Shown one piece after another: positions 52,401 to 64,000 of a stretch of DNA of 64,000 nucleotides. Numbering within the stretch: position 1 is the first letter of the stretch; each line of letters starts with the position of its first letter. Source of the DNA: Octopus sinensis (Eukaryota); contig NC_043011.1 in the NCBI RefSeq assembly GCF_006345805.1, positions 41,614,464-41,678,463 of the forward strand. The letters run 5' to 3'. Below the pieces are notes generated by a model. It did no database searches. It was given only the letters and a program-made list of their open reading frames with translations, and had not been told where the DNA came from. The position numbers and the translations under genes were made by a program.

Positions 52401-53934
52401 TTTGTGCAGTGGGGCTTAATATTCCCAGCCTATGTGCTCTTTCAAACAGTGTCGCTAAAATATGTTTCATCACTCTCAAAGCACATTTGCATAACATATG
52501 TACAACATGCAAATTAGTTTCAGTTTTGGTTTGTGTTTAGTTCAAGCAGCAACAACTTATGTAGTTCTCTTTGTAGAAGAAAGATGAGGTGGTGCTACAT
52601 AAGCACCGATGAAGGGTCAATGAACTGTGATACATGACAAGACAACCTCTTTTATTAGTCTGTGTACAAAGGCAGTAATAGGGTGAATTTACATCTATTG
52701 AGAGTTTTTGCACTGACAGCTTTAAAGTTATCATGTAACTTGCTTTAAATTTCTCTTAGCTTCCTATCTAGTAAGTATTTTAAAGTTTCATTTAAATTCT
52801 CTTCACTCTGACCTTGTGCACCTAATAAATGTGAATGTGTCCGGTGCTTACGAAACTTTCAGTAATGTGAGGCTCAGTGAACTTACTATATATCTAAAAT
52901 TCCAAATAATGTTTTGAATGCTGCTTTTTTTTTTGTTTTATTCTACTTTTGTGCAAGCACACACACACACACTCACAAGTATTTGTTGTAGCCAAACACC
53001 GAGTCTGCCAAAAATGCATTTTGTTCCTATGAAATGGTAATCGCAGAGGTTGTATATATGTATACACACATACATACACACACATCTTGTGTGCACAGTT
53101 AGATGTACAACTATTACTGATGAATTAGATCCCCCACCCACCCCGATTACCATTATCGAATAATCTTCCAGTGTTAATAGTTATTCTGCCACTGTATTTA
53201 GCTGTCTTACTAGTTACCAATACACAGAGTGATATCTTGAAGCACGATCTTGAAGAGTTTTAGCTGGACAAAACAAACCCAGTACTTACTGTTTTTTAAA
53301 GCCTCTGGGTCTCTCTTGCCAAACTGCTAAGTTATGGGGATGTAAACACACCAACACCGGTTGTCAGGCAGTGGTGGAGGACAAACACACACACACACAC
53401 AGGACGGGCTTCTTTCAGCTTCCATCTAGCAAATCTACCGACAAGGCTCTGGTCAACCAGGGGTTATAGTATAAAACACTTTGCCCAAAGTACCATGCCA
53501 CAGGACTGAACCTGGAACCATGAGGTAGAGAAGCAAACTTCACAGCCACATTCATTATTTCTTTTCTTTTTCTTTTTTTTTTTTCCTTTTCGTTTTCATA
53601 AAGCAACTCAAAGATAAATCTATAAATAATAGCATTTAAAGTATTGGGCTGAAAAAACTCTCATTTCAAACTCAATATTCTACACACTTTTATTTAGTCT
53701 TTATGTCCTGAGTTCAAATTCTGCTGAGGTCGACTTTGCCTTTCATCCTTTCGGGGTCGATAAATTAAATATCCATTGCATCTACTCTGATTTTCACCAT
53801 TAAAAAAAAAACCAATTTTTTTCTTCATATCTTCCACACTTTCTAAATTCTTAATGGACAGAACATATATATATATGCATACATAACCAGCATTCTTAAA
53901 AAGTACCTTGGGTCGTAGGGCAACATGCCATGCT

Positions 53935-54322
53935 TGAGGAGACCTATTGAGTCGGGTACATCAAAATCAAATCACAATCAAATGGAAATTGTAGTTGTGA
54001 TACCCGTGCCGGTGGTATGTAAAAAGCACCATCCAAACGTGGTCGATGCCAGTGCTGCCTTGACTGGCTTCCATAGCAGTGGCATGTAAAAAGCACCATC
54101 TGATCGTGGTTGATGCCAGCTGCTCTGGCCCCTGTGCTGGTGGCACGTAAAAAAAGCACCCACTACACTCTTGGAGTGGTTGGCATTAGGAAGGGCATCC
54201 AGCTGTAGAAACACTGCCAGATCAGACTGGAGCCTGGTACAGCTTTCTGGCTTGCCAGTTCTCAATCAAACCATCCAACCCATGCCAGCATGGAAAATGG
54301 ACGTTAAACGATGATGATGATG
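53935..54322 (+). mobile_element. Family C retroposon with three internal tandem units
   Basis: Same structure as 19195-19628, including the agacctattgag..aagta..aaaatc upstream segment. Confidence 0.85.
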
Positions 54323-54800
54323 AAGAACATATATCCGTATATATACATACATGTATACATGCGTTTATATACATATCTGTGTGTGTGTGTGTGAGTGTTG
54401 TTATTGTTATGTCTTTGATGACAATTAGACAGTTGAGTGTTTTGTGAATTGTATTGAAAAGCTAAGTTACCTGCTGTAATGGAAGCTGTTAGAAAATGTC
54501 AAGGTATTGTGTCTAGTATGTCATAAGTGTGTCATTGACCAATAGGAGAAAAAGAGAGAGACTAAGAGGGGAATCATAGAGAGAAGACATGCTATTCAGC
54601 AAAATTACTTGTAGTTCTCTCTCTTCTATCATCTCTCTCTCTCAAATATATATGAGTGTGTGTGTGTGTCTTCCTATCTCTCCATCAACCTACAAGTCTG
54701 TCTGTCCATCTATCTATCTATCTACCCACCTACCCACCCACCCACCCTTTTACTTGTGTCAGTCATTTGACTGTGGCTATTTATATATATATATATATAT

Positions 54801-55032
54801 ATTTCTTTACTACCCACAAGGGGCTAAACATAGAGGGGACAAACAAGGACAGACAAAGGGATTAAGTTGATTACATTGACCCCAGAACGTAACTGGTACT
54901 TATTTTATCGACCCCAAAAGGATGAAAGGCAAAGTCGACCTCGGCAGAATTTGAACCCAGAACACATAACGGTAGACGAAATACGGCTACGCATTTCACC
55001 CGACGTGCTAACGATGCTGCCAGCTCGCCGCC
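54801..55032 (-). mobile_element. Young full-length family A SINE
   Basis: Reverse complement of the 13330-13561 type. Confidence 0.9.
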
Positions 55033-55035
55033 TTT

Positions 55036-55065
<30 letters not shown>

Positions 55066-55069
<4 letters not shown>

Positions 55070-55315
55070 GCTTAGTGGTTAGGGTGTCAGCACCATGATC
55101 ATAAGATTGTGGTTTCGATTCCTGGACTAGGCAATGCGTTGTGTTCTTGAGCAAAACACTTCATTTCACGTTGCTCCAGTCCACTCAGCTGGCAAAAGTG
55201 AGTAACTCTGCGATGGACTGGCGCCCCGTCCAGTTGGGGAACACATACACCATAGAAACCAGGAAACCGGGCCCATGAGCCAGGCTAAGCTTTAAAAAGG
55301 GCGCATTTATTTATT
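55066..55315 (+). mobile_element. Family G SINE with tRNA head, CORE-like block and V-domain-like block
   Basis: tggcttagtggttaggg...gtttcgattcc...ttgagcaaaacact...ctgcgatggactggcgccccgtccag; the last part resembles the V-SINE domain (from memory). Confidence 0.7.
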
Positions 55316-56056
55316 TATATATATACATACACACACACACACAACACATCACAAAGGGGATGATAGGGCATTGAGACTCCTGGTGATTTGCTGTGCTTGA
55401 AAGACATCTCAAGCTAAATAAAAGCATGGTTGCCCTTTTTATACAGGTTCATTCCTTGCATCCCTCTTCAGCCAAGCATTCCTAACCTTGTGGGTTTGTT
55501 GGGGCACTGGTGCCACATAAATGCAACCATGCCAATGCCACATTAAAATCTCCCAGTACACTCTGTAAAGTGGTTGGCATCAGGAAAGGCATCCCGCTAT
55601 TGAAACCATGCCAAGACAGACAACTGGAGCCTGGGTAGCTTTTCAGCTTGCCAGTTGCTGTCAAACCACAACCCATGCCAGCATGGAAAACTGACATTAA
55701 ATGATGAAGATGATGAAGATGATGATCTGTCTCTTCATTTCTGCCTGAATTGACCTCAGATTTTTTTTCTTTTTTTCACACTTATTCTATCAGCCTCTTT
55801 TGCTAAACTGCTAAGTTACAGAGAAGTAAGTACACCAAAACCAGTTGTCATGTGATGGTGGGGAATAACCCCACTCCATGTCTATGTACACACACAAGGG
55901 GCTTCTATCAGTTTTCCTCTACCAAATCCACTCCCAAGACTTTAGTTAGCCAAAGGCTATAACAAGGGCAATAAAAATAGTTGTCAAAGATGCCACACAG
56001 AGGAACTGAACCTGGAACTACATGGTTGGGAAGCAAGCTTCTTACCACACAACCAC

Positions 56057-56090
<34 letters not shown>

Positions 56091-56904
56091 CCAACAGTCT
56101 TAAAGGCAATATTTTGAATTATTTTCTTCTCTCTATCCACTTTAATACTATCATTCTGTGTGTGTGGGTGGGATGGGGGCATGGTGTGTGTACACATGTG
56201 GCTATATATAGGTGTATGCAAGTGTCAGTGAGAGCTGTTGTGTTTCTGTGTATGTGTGTGTATGGTAGTGTATTTAGGCGTGTGTCAGTGCATGTGTGTG
56301 TGTGTGTGTGTGTATGTAGGTGTATGTATGTGAGGTTTTAGAGTGGTACACTTAAGTGCAGAAGTGTGTAATAGTGTATGTGTGTGTGTGTGTATTACAT
56401 GTGTGTGTATTACATGTGTGTGAGTGTGAGAAAGAATGTGTATGCTGTATAATTCTTGAATTTCATAGCTTTTCATTTTGTCCCGTAACCAGACTTTTCA
56501 GGCTCTTTCACACACACGCACACATGTGTCTGTGTGTGTGTATATTCTTCATCAGAAATGTTTATTCTTCAGTGATGAATATATTTATTTTTCTCCAAAG
56601 ACGAGATGAGGTAAGAGGTTGGCTTTGTGACTGGGGGGGGGGGAGTTGATAGTACTGCTGCCAACATGGGATTTCCTTTTTACCAAAACCAACACCTTTA
56701 CTTAGTGCCTACAAGTCTTCCTTCAACCCCCATCCCAGTCCTCACCGTTTTCTTCAGATTCTGGCTTGGATTGTGGTAGTCTTTAATTATTATTATTATT
56801 ATTATTGGGTGAGAGAGAGCAATGCATGTGACACTGGGGTACAAAAATACAAAGCCTAAAGTACCCATCATGGCTATTCAGCCAATAAGGGTACACCAGG
56901 CACA

Positions 56905-57034
56905 TGCATATTCTGCCAAGGTTGACTTTGCCTTTCATCCTTTTGGGAGTCAAATAAGTACCAGTTGGATATTGGGGTCAATGTAATTGACTTACCCACT
57001 TCACCAAAATTTCTGTGCCAAAAACTGAAGCCAA

Positions 57035-57065
<31 letters not shown>

Positions 57066-57315
57066 GTTATTATTATTATTATTATTATTAAGGCAGTGAG
57101 CTGGCAGAATGGTTAGTGTGCTGGACAAAATGCTTGGCAGTATTTTGCCTGTTGCTACATTCTGAGTTCAAATTCCACGGAGGTCGACTTTGCCTTTCGT
57201 TCTTTCGGGGTCGCTAAATTAAGTACCAGTGAAACACTGTGGTCGATGTAATCGACTAGTCCCCGCCTCCCCAAAATTCCAGGCCTTGTGCCTATCGTAG
57301 AAAGGATTGTTATTA
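56905..57315 (+). mobile_element. Two tandem family A SINE units joined by (ATT)n
   Basis: Cores lie near 56925 and 57185. Confidence 0.85.
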
Positions 57316-57418
57316 TTCTAGTCTGTCTACTTTCATAATCAGCTTGTATCCTCGTTTCTGGAATGTGTTTTTCTTTTCTTTTTTTTTTTTTTTAATTATT
57401 TCCATTATTATTATTATT

Positions 57419-57451
<33 letters not shown>

Positions 57452-58019
57452 TTATTCATTCATTTAATGTTGCTTGGGCTTAAATTTCTACAGCTGTGAG
57501 TAATAAGATTTTTAACCTAACAAGAGGAGACTTGTTTGTTGTCTCTAAATAGCCTTCTACTACTGTTGCTGCTACTACTACTACTACTACTACTACTAAT
57601 ACTACTAGCAGTAATACTGCTACTACTAATAATAATAATAATAATTGCAATCTTGCTTCAACAACAGAAGGTTGCATGTATATTTTTTTTGTTTTGTTTT
57701 GTGGTTGGCGGGGGGGGGGGGGGAAAGGAAAGAGCCAATAATAGCTCTTCTGTGTGGGAGGCTGGATAGAGAGTTTCCTATTGTATGTAAAACTGACCAA
57801 GAGAAGCACCACAAGAGAAAAGTGTAGACAGTGGAAAAGGATGTCACTTTAGATCAACACCAACTGTATTTTCGACTATTAATACATCTTGATGCTAGTA
57901 AGTATAGAATATCAATTGAAAAATAACAAAAACGGAAGAAAAAAACCCCCCAACCCAACCTTGATAATGCTTAAAATTCTTGTGGCTAATATTGTTAAGG
58001 TTATTCTGTATATTATCTA

Positions 58020-58081
<62 letters not shown>

Positions 58082-58298
58082 ATATTATATACACATATAT
58101 GTAGATGGATGTGTGTGTGATTTATGATTTGTCTTAATTATTTTTATGACATTCCACATCTCTAACTTCATTTTCTGTGTCTTGTGTTTAAAATCGTCTC
58201 ACACAGCTGGGTGGGTGTTTCTATGTTTTTTTTCTTTTCTGAGTTTTGTAATGTCTGTTTTGTTTGGAATGTATTTTTTGCAGGGTTAAATATGGAAA

Positions 58299-58694
58299 AG
58301 AGTGGCTGTGTGGTAAGTAGCTTGTCTACCAACCACATGGTTCCGGGTTCAGTCCCACTGCATGGCACCTTGGGCAAGTGTCTTCTACTATAGCCTCGGG
58401 CCGACCAAAGCCTTGTGAGTGGATTTGGTAGATGGAAACTGAAAGAAGCCCGTCGTATATATGTATATATATATGCCTGTGTGTGTTTGTGTGTCTGTTT
58501 GTCCCCTAGCATTGCTTGACAACCGATGCTGGTGTGTTTATGTCCCCGTTACTTAGCGGTTCGGCAAAAGAGACCGATAGAATAAGTACTGGGCTTACAA
58601 AGAATAAGTCCCGGAGTCGACTTGCTCGACTAAAGGCGGTGCTCCAGCATGGCTGCAGTCAAATGACTGAAACAAGTAAAAGAGTAAAAGAGTA
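58299..58694 (+). mobile_element. Young full-length family B SINE, followed by a family A copy (58728-58945)
   Basis: Complete head, CORE-like block, internal microsatellite and aagagtaaaagagta tail. Confidence 0.92.
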
Positions 58695-60779
58695 AATATA
58701 TATAATGTTGATATTGTGTTCATTTGAAGGCAGTGAGCGCCGACAGAGCCCTTACCGCACTATGCAGAATGCTTAGCGGCATTTCATCTGTCTTTACATT
58801 CTGAGTTCAAATTCAGCTGAGGTCAACTTTGCTGTTCATCCTTTTGGGGTTGATGAAATAAGTACCAGTTGAGCACTGGGTCGATGTAATTAACTTACCC
58901 CTGCCCCCAAAATTGCTGGCCTTGTGCCAAAATTAGAAGCCAGTATTTTGTCCACTTCTGTGGTACCTTGGGTAAGTGTTGTTTATTATAATCTCAGGTC
59001 AACCAACACCTTGTGTGTGAGTTTGATAGATGGAAACTGTGGGAAGCCTGTCATATACATGTGTGTGTGTGTGTGTGTGCATGTGCCCCTTGTCTTGATA
59101 TTTGTGTGATGATTGTAAACAGTCGCCATTCATACAAAAATGGTGTCTTCTCTTTACATTCTTTCATGAAACCACCTGACCCAAGTTCTGTTTGTGGTTG
59201 AAGCATCATGGGAAATATTACTGTGCTTGGCAGCAGGTAAGGATTGGTAACTGGAAGAGCATCAGCTGTCGAAAAATCTGCCGCAGCACATATCATTTGG
59301 CCCATATAAGGATGAGAAAGTGGACATTAAAATGGTGGTTGTGATGTTGATGATGATGATTATGATATCAGTTTGTTCTTGCTATATATGGTAATGTTGA
59401 ACATTCATTATTATTTAACCTCAGATCAGCTCTGATCCAGCAGACTGACCTGTGGACAAAGATTTGAAAACTTAAATAGCCATCACCATCCTGTCTGATT
59501 TTTTGTTTTTGTTTTTAATTATTTTTTCACACATAATGTATCTAGGACTATATTATTCAATGTGACCTTTCTTTTCATAACCCTTTTGTCATCATATCTC
59601 TATTGAAATACACTGCCTTTTTGTCCTTCAGTTTTGAAAATACAAAGAATTTAATAAAATAAGTTAGTGTTTAGAATATAAATTTTTGTGGAGGGTTTTA
59701 ATCTAGATCACTTTAAAACAAGAAGTTTGTATCCTAGAACTCTGTATTAGCCTCAGGCATGTTGGAATCAAGAATGGTTTATATTTAATCTTATAATACT
59801 ATCATTAAAGGCATGACACACCCAAAAATACCATTTTCTATTAAGTTGAAACTTCCGACCAATGTTAAAGAACAAAAATAACTATTCTAAAATAATATCA
59901 AAACTTTACAGGTTCAATTTCTGTTGTTTTTGTGCTGACGCCATATAAAAAGTACCCAGTACCTTCTGTAAAATGGTTGCCATTATGAAGGGCATCAAGC
60001 TGTAGTAACATGCCAGAATAGACAGTTGGAATCTAGCCCAGGTGGTCAGCTCCTGTCGGACTGTCCAACCCATTCCAGCATAGAAAACGGATATTAAATG
60101 ATGATGGTGGTTCCTTTATGAAGAACCATTTACCAAATTTGTATTATAGAACCAGGAGCAATGTCAGGCAGGTTTGTACCAAAAGCACTAAAACAGTAAA
60201 ATTTGATCTGAGGGAGAGTTGGCTGTTATTTTTGGACCTAGTTACTGCAGAGAGGTTCTTGTATTGGTCTGCACCACCAATATTTTTTCGTTTGGATAGC
60301 ATTTGGCTAAAGAAAAAGAGAGTGAGAGAGAAATCCATCCATCTAGGAAAGATAGTTCAATCAATCCAGAATGTTGAGAGCGACCAAACCAAAACCAGAA
60401 CGGAACCATTCAACCAAACAAACCAACAAAAAAAATAATAAATATATAAACAAACAAACCTAAAATGGTAAAATATACATAAAGAGAGATTATGGAAATG
60501 TCGGTTGGTGTTGAAGAAAAAGATGAGAAGTAATCCTTGTTAAAGTTTGGAGTGAATGCGAAATGAAGAATAGTGACCCATAAAATAACATTTGATCTGA
60601 AGTGAATGGGTTGGGAGGTGATGGTCGTAGTGGAAGGAGGCATGGGAATATTCCACAAGAAACATCAAACACAATCCATAGCACCCACCACCACCACCAC
60701 CACCACCACCCATACATGCTACAACCTTTATCATTGTCTTCATCTTCTTCATCTTTACCTTCTTATACATCATCATCAT

Positions 60780-61270
60780 CATCACAAGAGCTGGTTAATG
60801 GAGCTTAAGATTGTGATGATGGTGGTGGTGGTGGTGGTGGTGGTGGTGGTGGTCATCATGGCCAGGGTTGTTGTGGTAGTTCTTGTGGTGGTTGTGGTTG
60901 TTTTAGTAGCAGTGGTGGATGTTGTAGTGTTGGCTGATTGTGGTGCGGTTCTTGTTCTTGTGGTCATTGTAGTTGAGGTCACAATGACAGAGCTTATGGT
61001 CATTGTAGCAATGACGTCAGTGGTTGTAGAGATGGTGGTGATTATTGTAGTGCTGGTTGTAGTAGTGATGAGGTAGTGGTGTTGACAGTATTGGTGATGT
61101 TCATGTTGGTGGTTATGATGATGTGGTGCTGTGTTGCTATTTACATTAGAAGTGAAGTTGGTGCTGATGTTGGCAGTGGTGTTGTTGTGATGCTGATGAT
61201 GATGATGATGGTTGTGGTGATACTACAGCTGTTGAATATGTTAGTAGTGAAGCTGGCGGTGGTGGTGTTG
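60780..61270. repeat. Mixed (GTG)/(GTT)/(GAT) low-complexity tract
   Basis: Visible directly; it is the source of the Val-rich and Thr-rich ORFs. Confidence 0.9.
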
Positions 61271-62428
61271 TCCATACTTCCCTTCATAAACATTTGTTCC
61301 AACTGTAATCTTTGGAATTCTTCTATCTTCAAACATATTCGTTTCTGCTTTTATCTTCCCCTCTGTCCATCTTCCCACAATTCCTCACCAAACAGTTTTT
61401 ACCTTATTTCAACACTCTTCACATTTGAATATCCAATCCTATTAATTTCTTTCTTTTACATTATTATTTGTTTTTGGCTTTACCCTGGGGGGTAGGCCCT
61501 TTATTTATTTATTTTTTTTTTATGTTTTCCTTTGTTAAGGTGGCGAGCTGGCAGAGTTATTAGCACACCGAAAGGCATTTCATACTTTTGAGGGTCAGTA
61601 AAATAAGTACCAGTCGGGCGCTGGGGTCGATGTAGTCTGCTTACCCACCTCCCCAAAATTGCAGGCCTTGTGCCAAAATTTGAAACCAGCACTCCCCTTT
61701 GTTTCAGCATTCTTTTTTTGTCCAATCCTTGCCTTTTTATTGTTTATTTTGTTTTTATTTTCATTTTTTATTTGTCCTTTGTTGTTTATATCATGGGTCC
61801 AAAATGTTTTTGTTTTTGCTTTTGTAGGAAGGGGAGAAGCTTTTGGTTGGTCCTCCCCTCTCCCCTCACCTTCATCCATTTATAGATTTACTTTCTGTCA
61901 TTATTATGGTTATTGATTTAATTGATTGAATCAACAGAATAACAATGTGACTGGATTATATTTAATTGAAGTTTACTTGCTTAAGAAGTTTACTTTCCAT
62001 ATATGAGCTTCATTAAGTTTCCATCTACAAAATTTACTCAGGACTTTAGTCAGTCTATGACTGGGATTGAACCTGAAACCATGTGGTTGGGAAGCAAACT
62101 TCTTAACCACACAGCCACACCTACACCTTTAATACATACAAATAACTCATTCTTTTGTAATATTATTTTCAATTTTAGGGTGGCAAGCTGGCAGAAACAT
62201 TAGCATGGCGGGCGTGCCTTTCATCTTTTGGGGTCGATAAATTAAGTACCAGTCAAGTACTGGTGTCGATCTAATCGACTGGCCCCTCCCCCAAAATTTC
62301 ATGCCTTGTGCCTAGAGTAGAAAAAAATATTATTTTTACCATTTTGGGTTTTGTTTTTCCTAAATCTTTATTTTTTCCATCACTCATCAGTCACTGTTCC
62401 CCTCTGTTCCTTTTGTCTTCCATTCCAG

Positions 62429-62605
62429 TATATTTTCCCCAGGCACAGCAACCAAAACAGCACCAATGCAACAGTGTTGTACCTTAATAGTACTTTAGTA
62501 TTTTCCTACCATTTGTTCGGTATTGAGTTGAACGATTCCTATCCAAACAGCCATCAGATAAACCCAAAGACAGTCTCAGACATAAATTTGTTTCCTTCTG
62601 TGTAA
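62429..62605 (+). other. Candidate coding exon of an unidentified gene (Asn/Ser/Thr-rich, four N-glycosylation sequons)
   Basis: Non-repetitive segment after two pyrimidine-rich AG acceptors (62427-28, 62441-42). The open frame YIFPRHSNQNSTNATVLYLNSTLVFSYHLFGIELNDSYPN... runs to TAA at 62605. No homology recognised. Confidence 0.25.
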
Positions 62606-62810
62606 TATTTATGCTTGTGTTTATGATGATGATGATGATGATGTCTTTTATCTAAAATTGTTTTCTTTGTTTATATGTCTAACTTTGTTTTATTTGTAGC
62701 TTTCTTTGATTTGTTTTGTTTTTTTGTTTTTGTATCTTTCCATTTGTTTACCATAACTTAATATGTATGCATGTAAAAATTTGTGTGTATATATAAACAT
62801 ATATACCCAG

Positions 62811-63226
62811 ACAAGGAGTGGCTGTATGGTAAGTAGCTTGCTAACCAACCACATGGTTCTGGGTTCAGTCCCACTGCGTGGCATCTTGGGCAAGTGTCTT
62901 CTGCTATAGCCCCGGGCCGACCAATGCCTTGTGAGTGGATTTGGTAGACGGAAACTGAAAGAAGCCTGTCGTATATATGTATATATATATATATATATAA
63001 GTGTGTGTGTATATGTTTGTGTGTCTGTGTTTGTCCCCCTAGCATTGCTTGACAACCGATGCTGGTGTGTTTACGTCCCTGTCACTTAGCGGTTCGGCAA
63101 AAGAGACCGATAGAATAAGTACTGGGCTTACAAAGAATAAGTCCCGGGGTCGATTTGCTCGACTAAAAGCGGTGCTCCAGCATGGCCGCAGTCAAATGAC
63201 TGAAACATGTAAAAGAGAAAAGAGAG
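62811..63226 (+). mobile_element. Young full-length family B SINE
   Basis: Complete and CpG-rich. Confidence 0.92.
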
Positions 63227-63766
63227 AATATATCTGTATATATGAATGTGTAAATATATGTATATGTTTGTGTTTTACAATGTATGTATGTGTGTGTGTG
63301 TATACAGTATATATGTGTATATGAGTATATGTGTATGTGTTTTCAACTATATATATGTATCCCTGCTCCTGCTTCTTAATACTATTGTCTGGGTACATTT
63401 TTTTCGAAAGGTTTCCTTAAAGTTGAATACCATTAACTGGCAACAGATGTCTGTCTTTCTTCTCGTCTGTCTGTTTGCCACTCTCTCTCTTTCTCTCCAT
63501 AATGATCCCTTCCTATTATGATGTGACTTGGTTCGTTATATATGGGAACACTCACTCACATGTAGACCTGGTTCTGTAGTAAAAAAATTTGTTTCCCAAA
63601 CCCATCATTTCAAGTTCAATCACACTAAACAATACCTGAAGAAAGTGTCTGCCCAGGGCTGAGACCAAAGACATATGAGTGAATTTGGTTGATGGAAACT
63701 GAAAGAGGCCCATTGTATGTATATATATGTGTGTGTATGTGTGTGTGTATATATGTCTGTGTATAT

Positions 63767-64000
63767 CTCTCTTTACTCTTTTATTTGTTTCAGTCATTTG
63801 ACTGCGGCCATGCTGGAGCACCGCCTTTAGTCGAGCAAATCGACCCCAGGACTTATTCTTTGTAAGCCCAGTACTTATTCTATCGGTCTCTTTTTGCCGA
63901 ACCGCTAAGTGACGGGGACGTAAGCACACCAGCATCGGTTGTCAAGCAATGCTAGGGGTACAAACACAGACACACAAACACACACACATACATATATATA
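63767..64000 (-). mobile_element. Young family B SINE (3' half; continues beyond the window)
   Basis: Reverse complement of about 63010-63226, with roughly 6 differences in 200 bp. Confidence 0.92.

Noticed and set aside
940-58090. Recurrent single phase flips (taat/atta) within (TA)n tracts
   Set aside because: They are explained by single-base indels from slippage or consensus error in long TA runs; they cannot be interpreted without reads.
500-64000. Long ORFs in the supplied track (for example 16164-17216, 25106-25909, 2832-3395)
   Set aside because: They are translations of TA/TG/TATG/TCTA microsatellites that simply lack stop codons.

Overview
A 64-kb, AT-rich, extremely repeat-dense eukaryotic window. 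The repeat families and the AT/CA/TATG/ATT/CAT microsatellite load look like an Octopus (coleoid cephalopod) genome. That species call is an inference from recalled repeat families and was not checked against a database. I cannot recognise any protein-coding gene, and nearly every entry in the ORF track is translated microsatellite or SINE. The window is a mosaic of four tRNA-headed or RTE-related short retroposon families, fragments of RTE and CR1/L2-group LINEs, TTAA- and TA-flanked MITEs, and a fold-back made from the 3' end of a mariner transposase. Three observations stand out. (1) A near-complete type I hammerhead ribozyme at 44688-44735 lies in a roughly 285-bp tandem unit (retrozyme or Penelope-like), and a second family of degenerate minimal hammerheads sits at 11766-12084 beside a tRNA-like head. 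(2) Two tandem 5' fragments of U6 snRNA are embedded in ATT microsatellite at 33411-33562. (3) ATT-tailed SINEs form head-to-tail, strand-biased chains. A few isolated splice-site-bounded segments may be exons of an unidentified large-intron gene, but support for them is weak. Repeat boundaries were set by eye, to within a few tens of bp unless a TSD is given.
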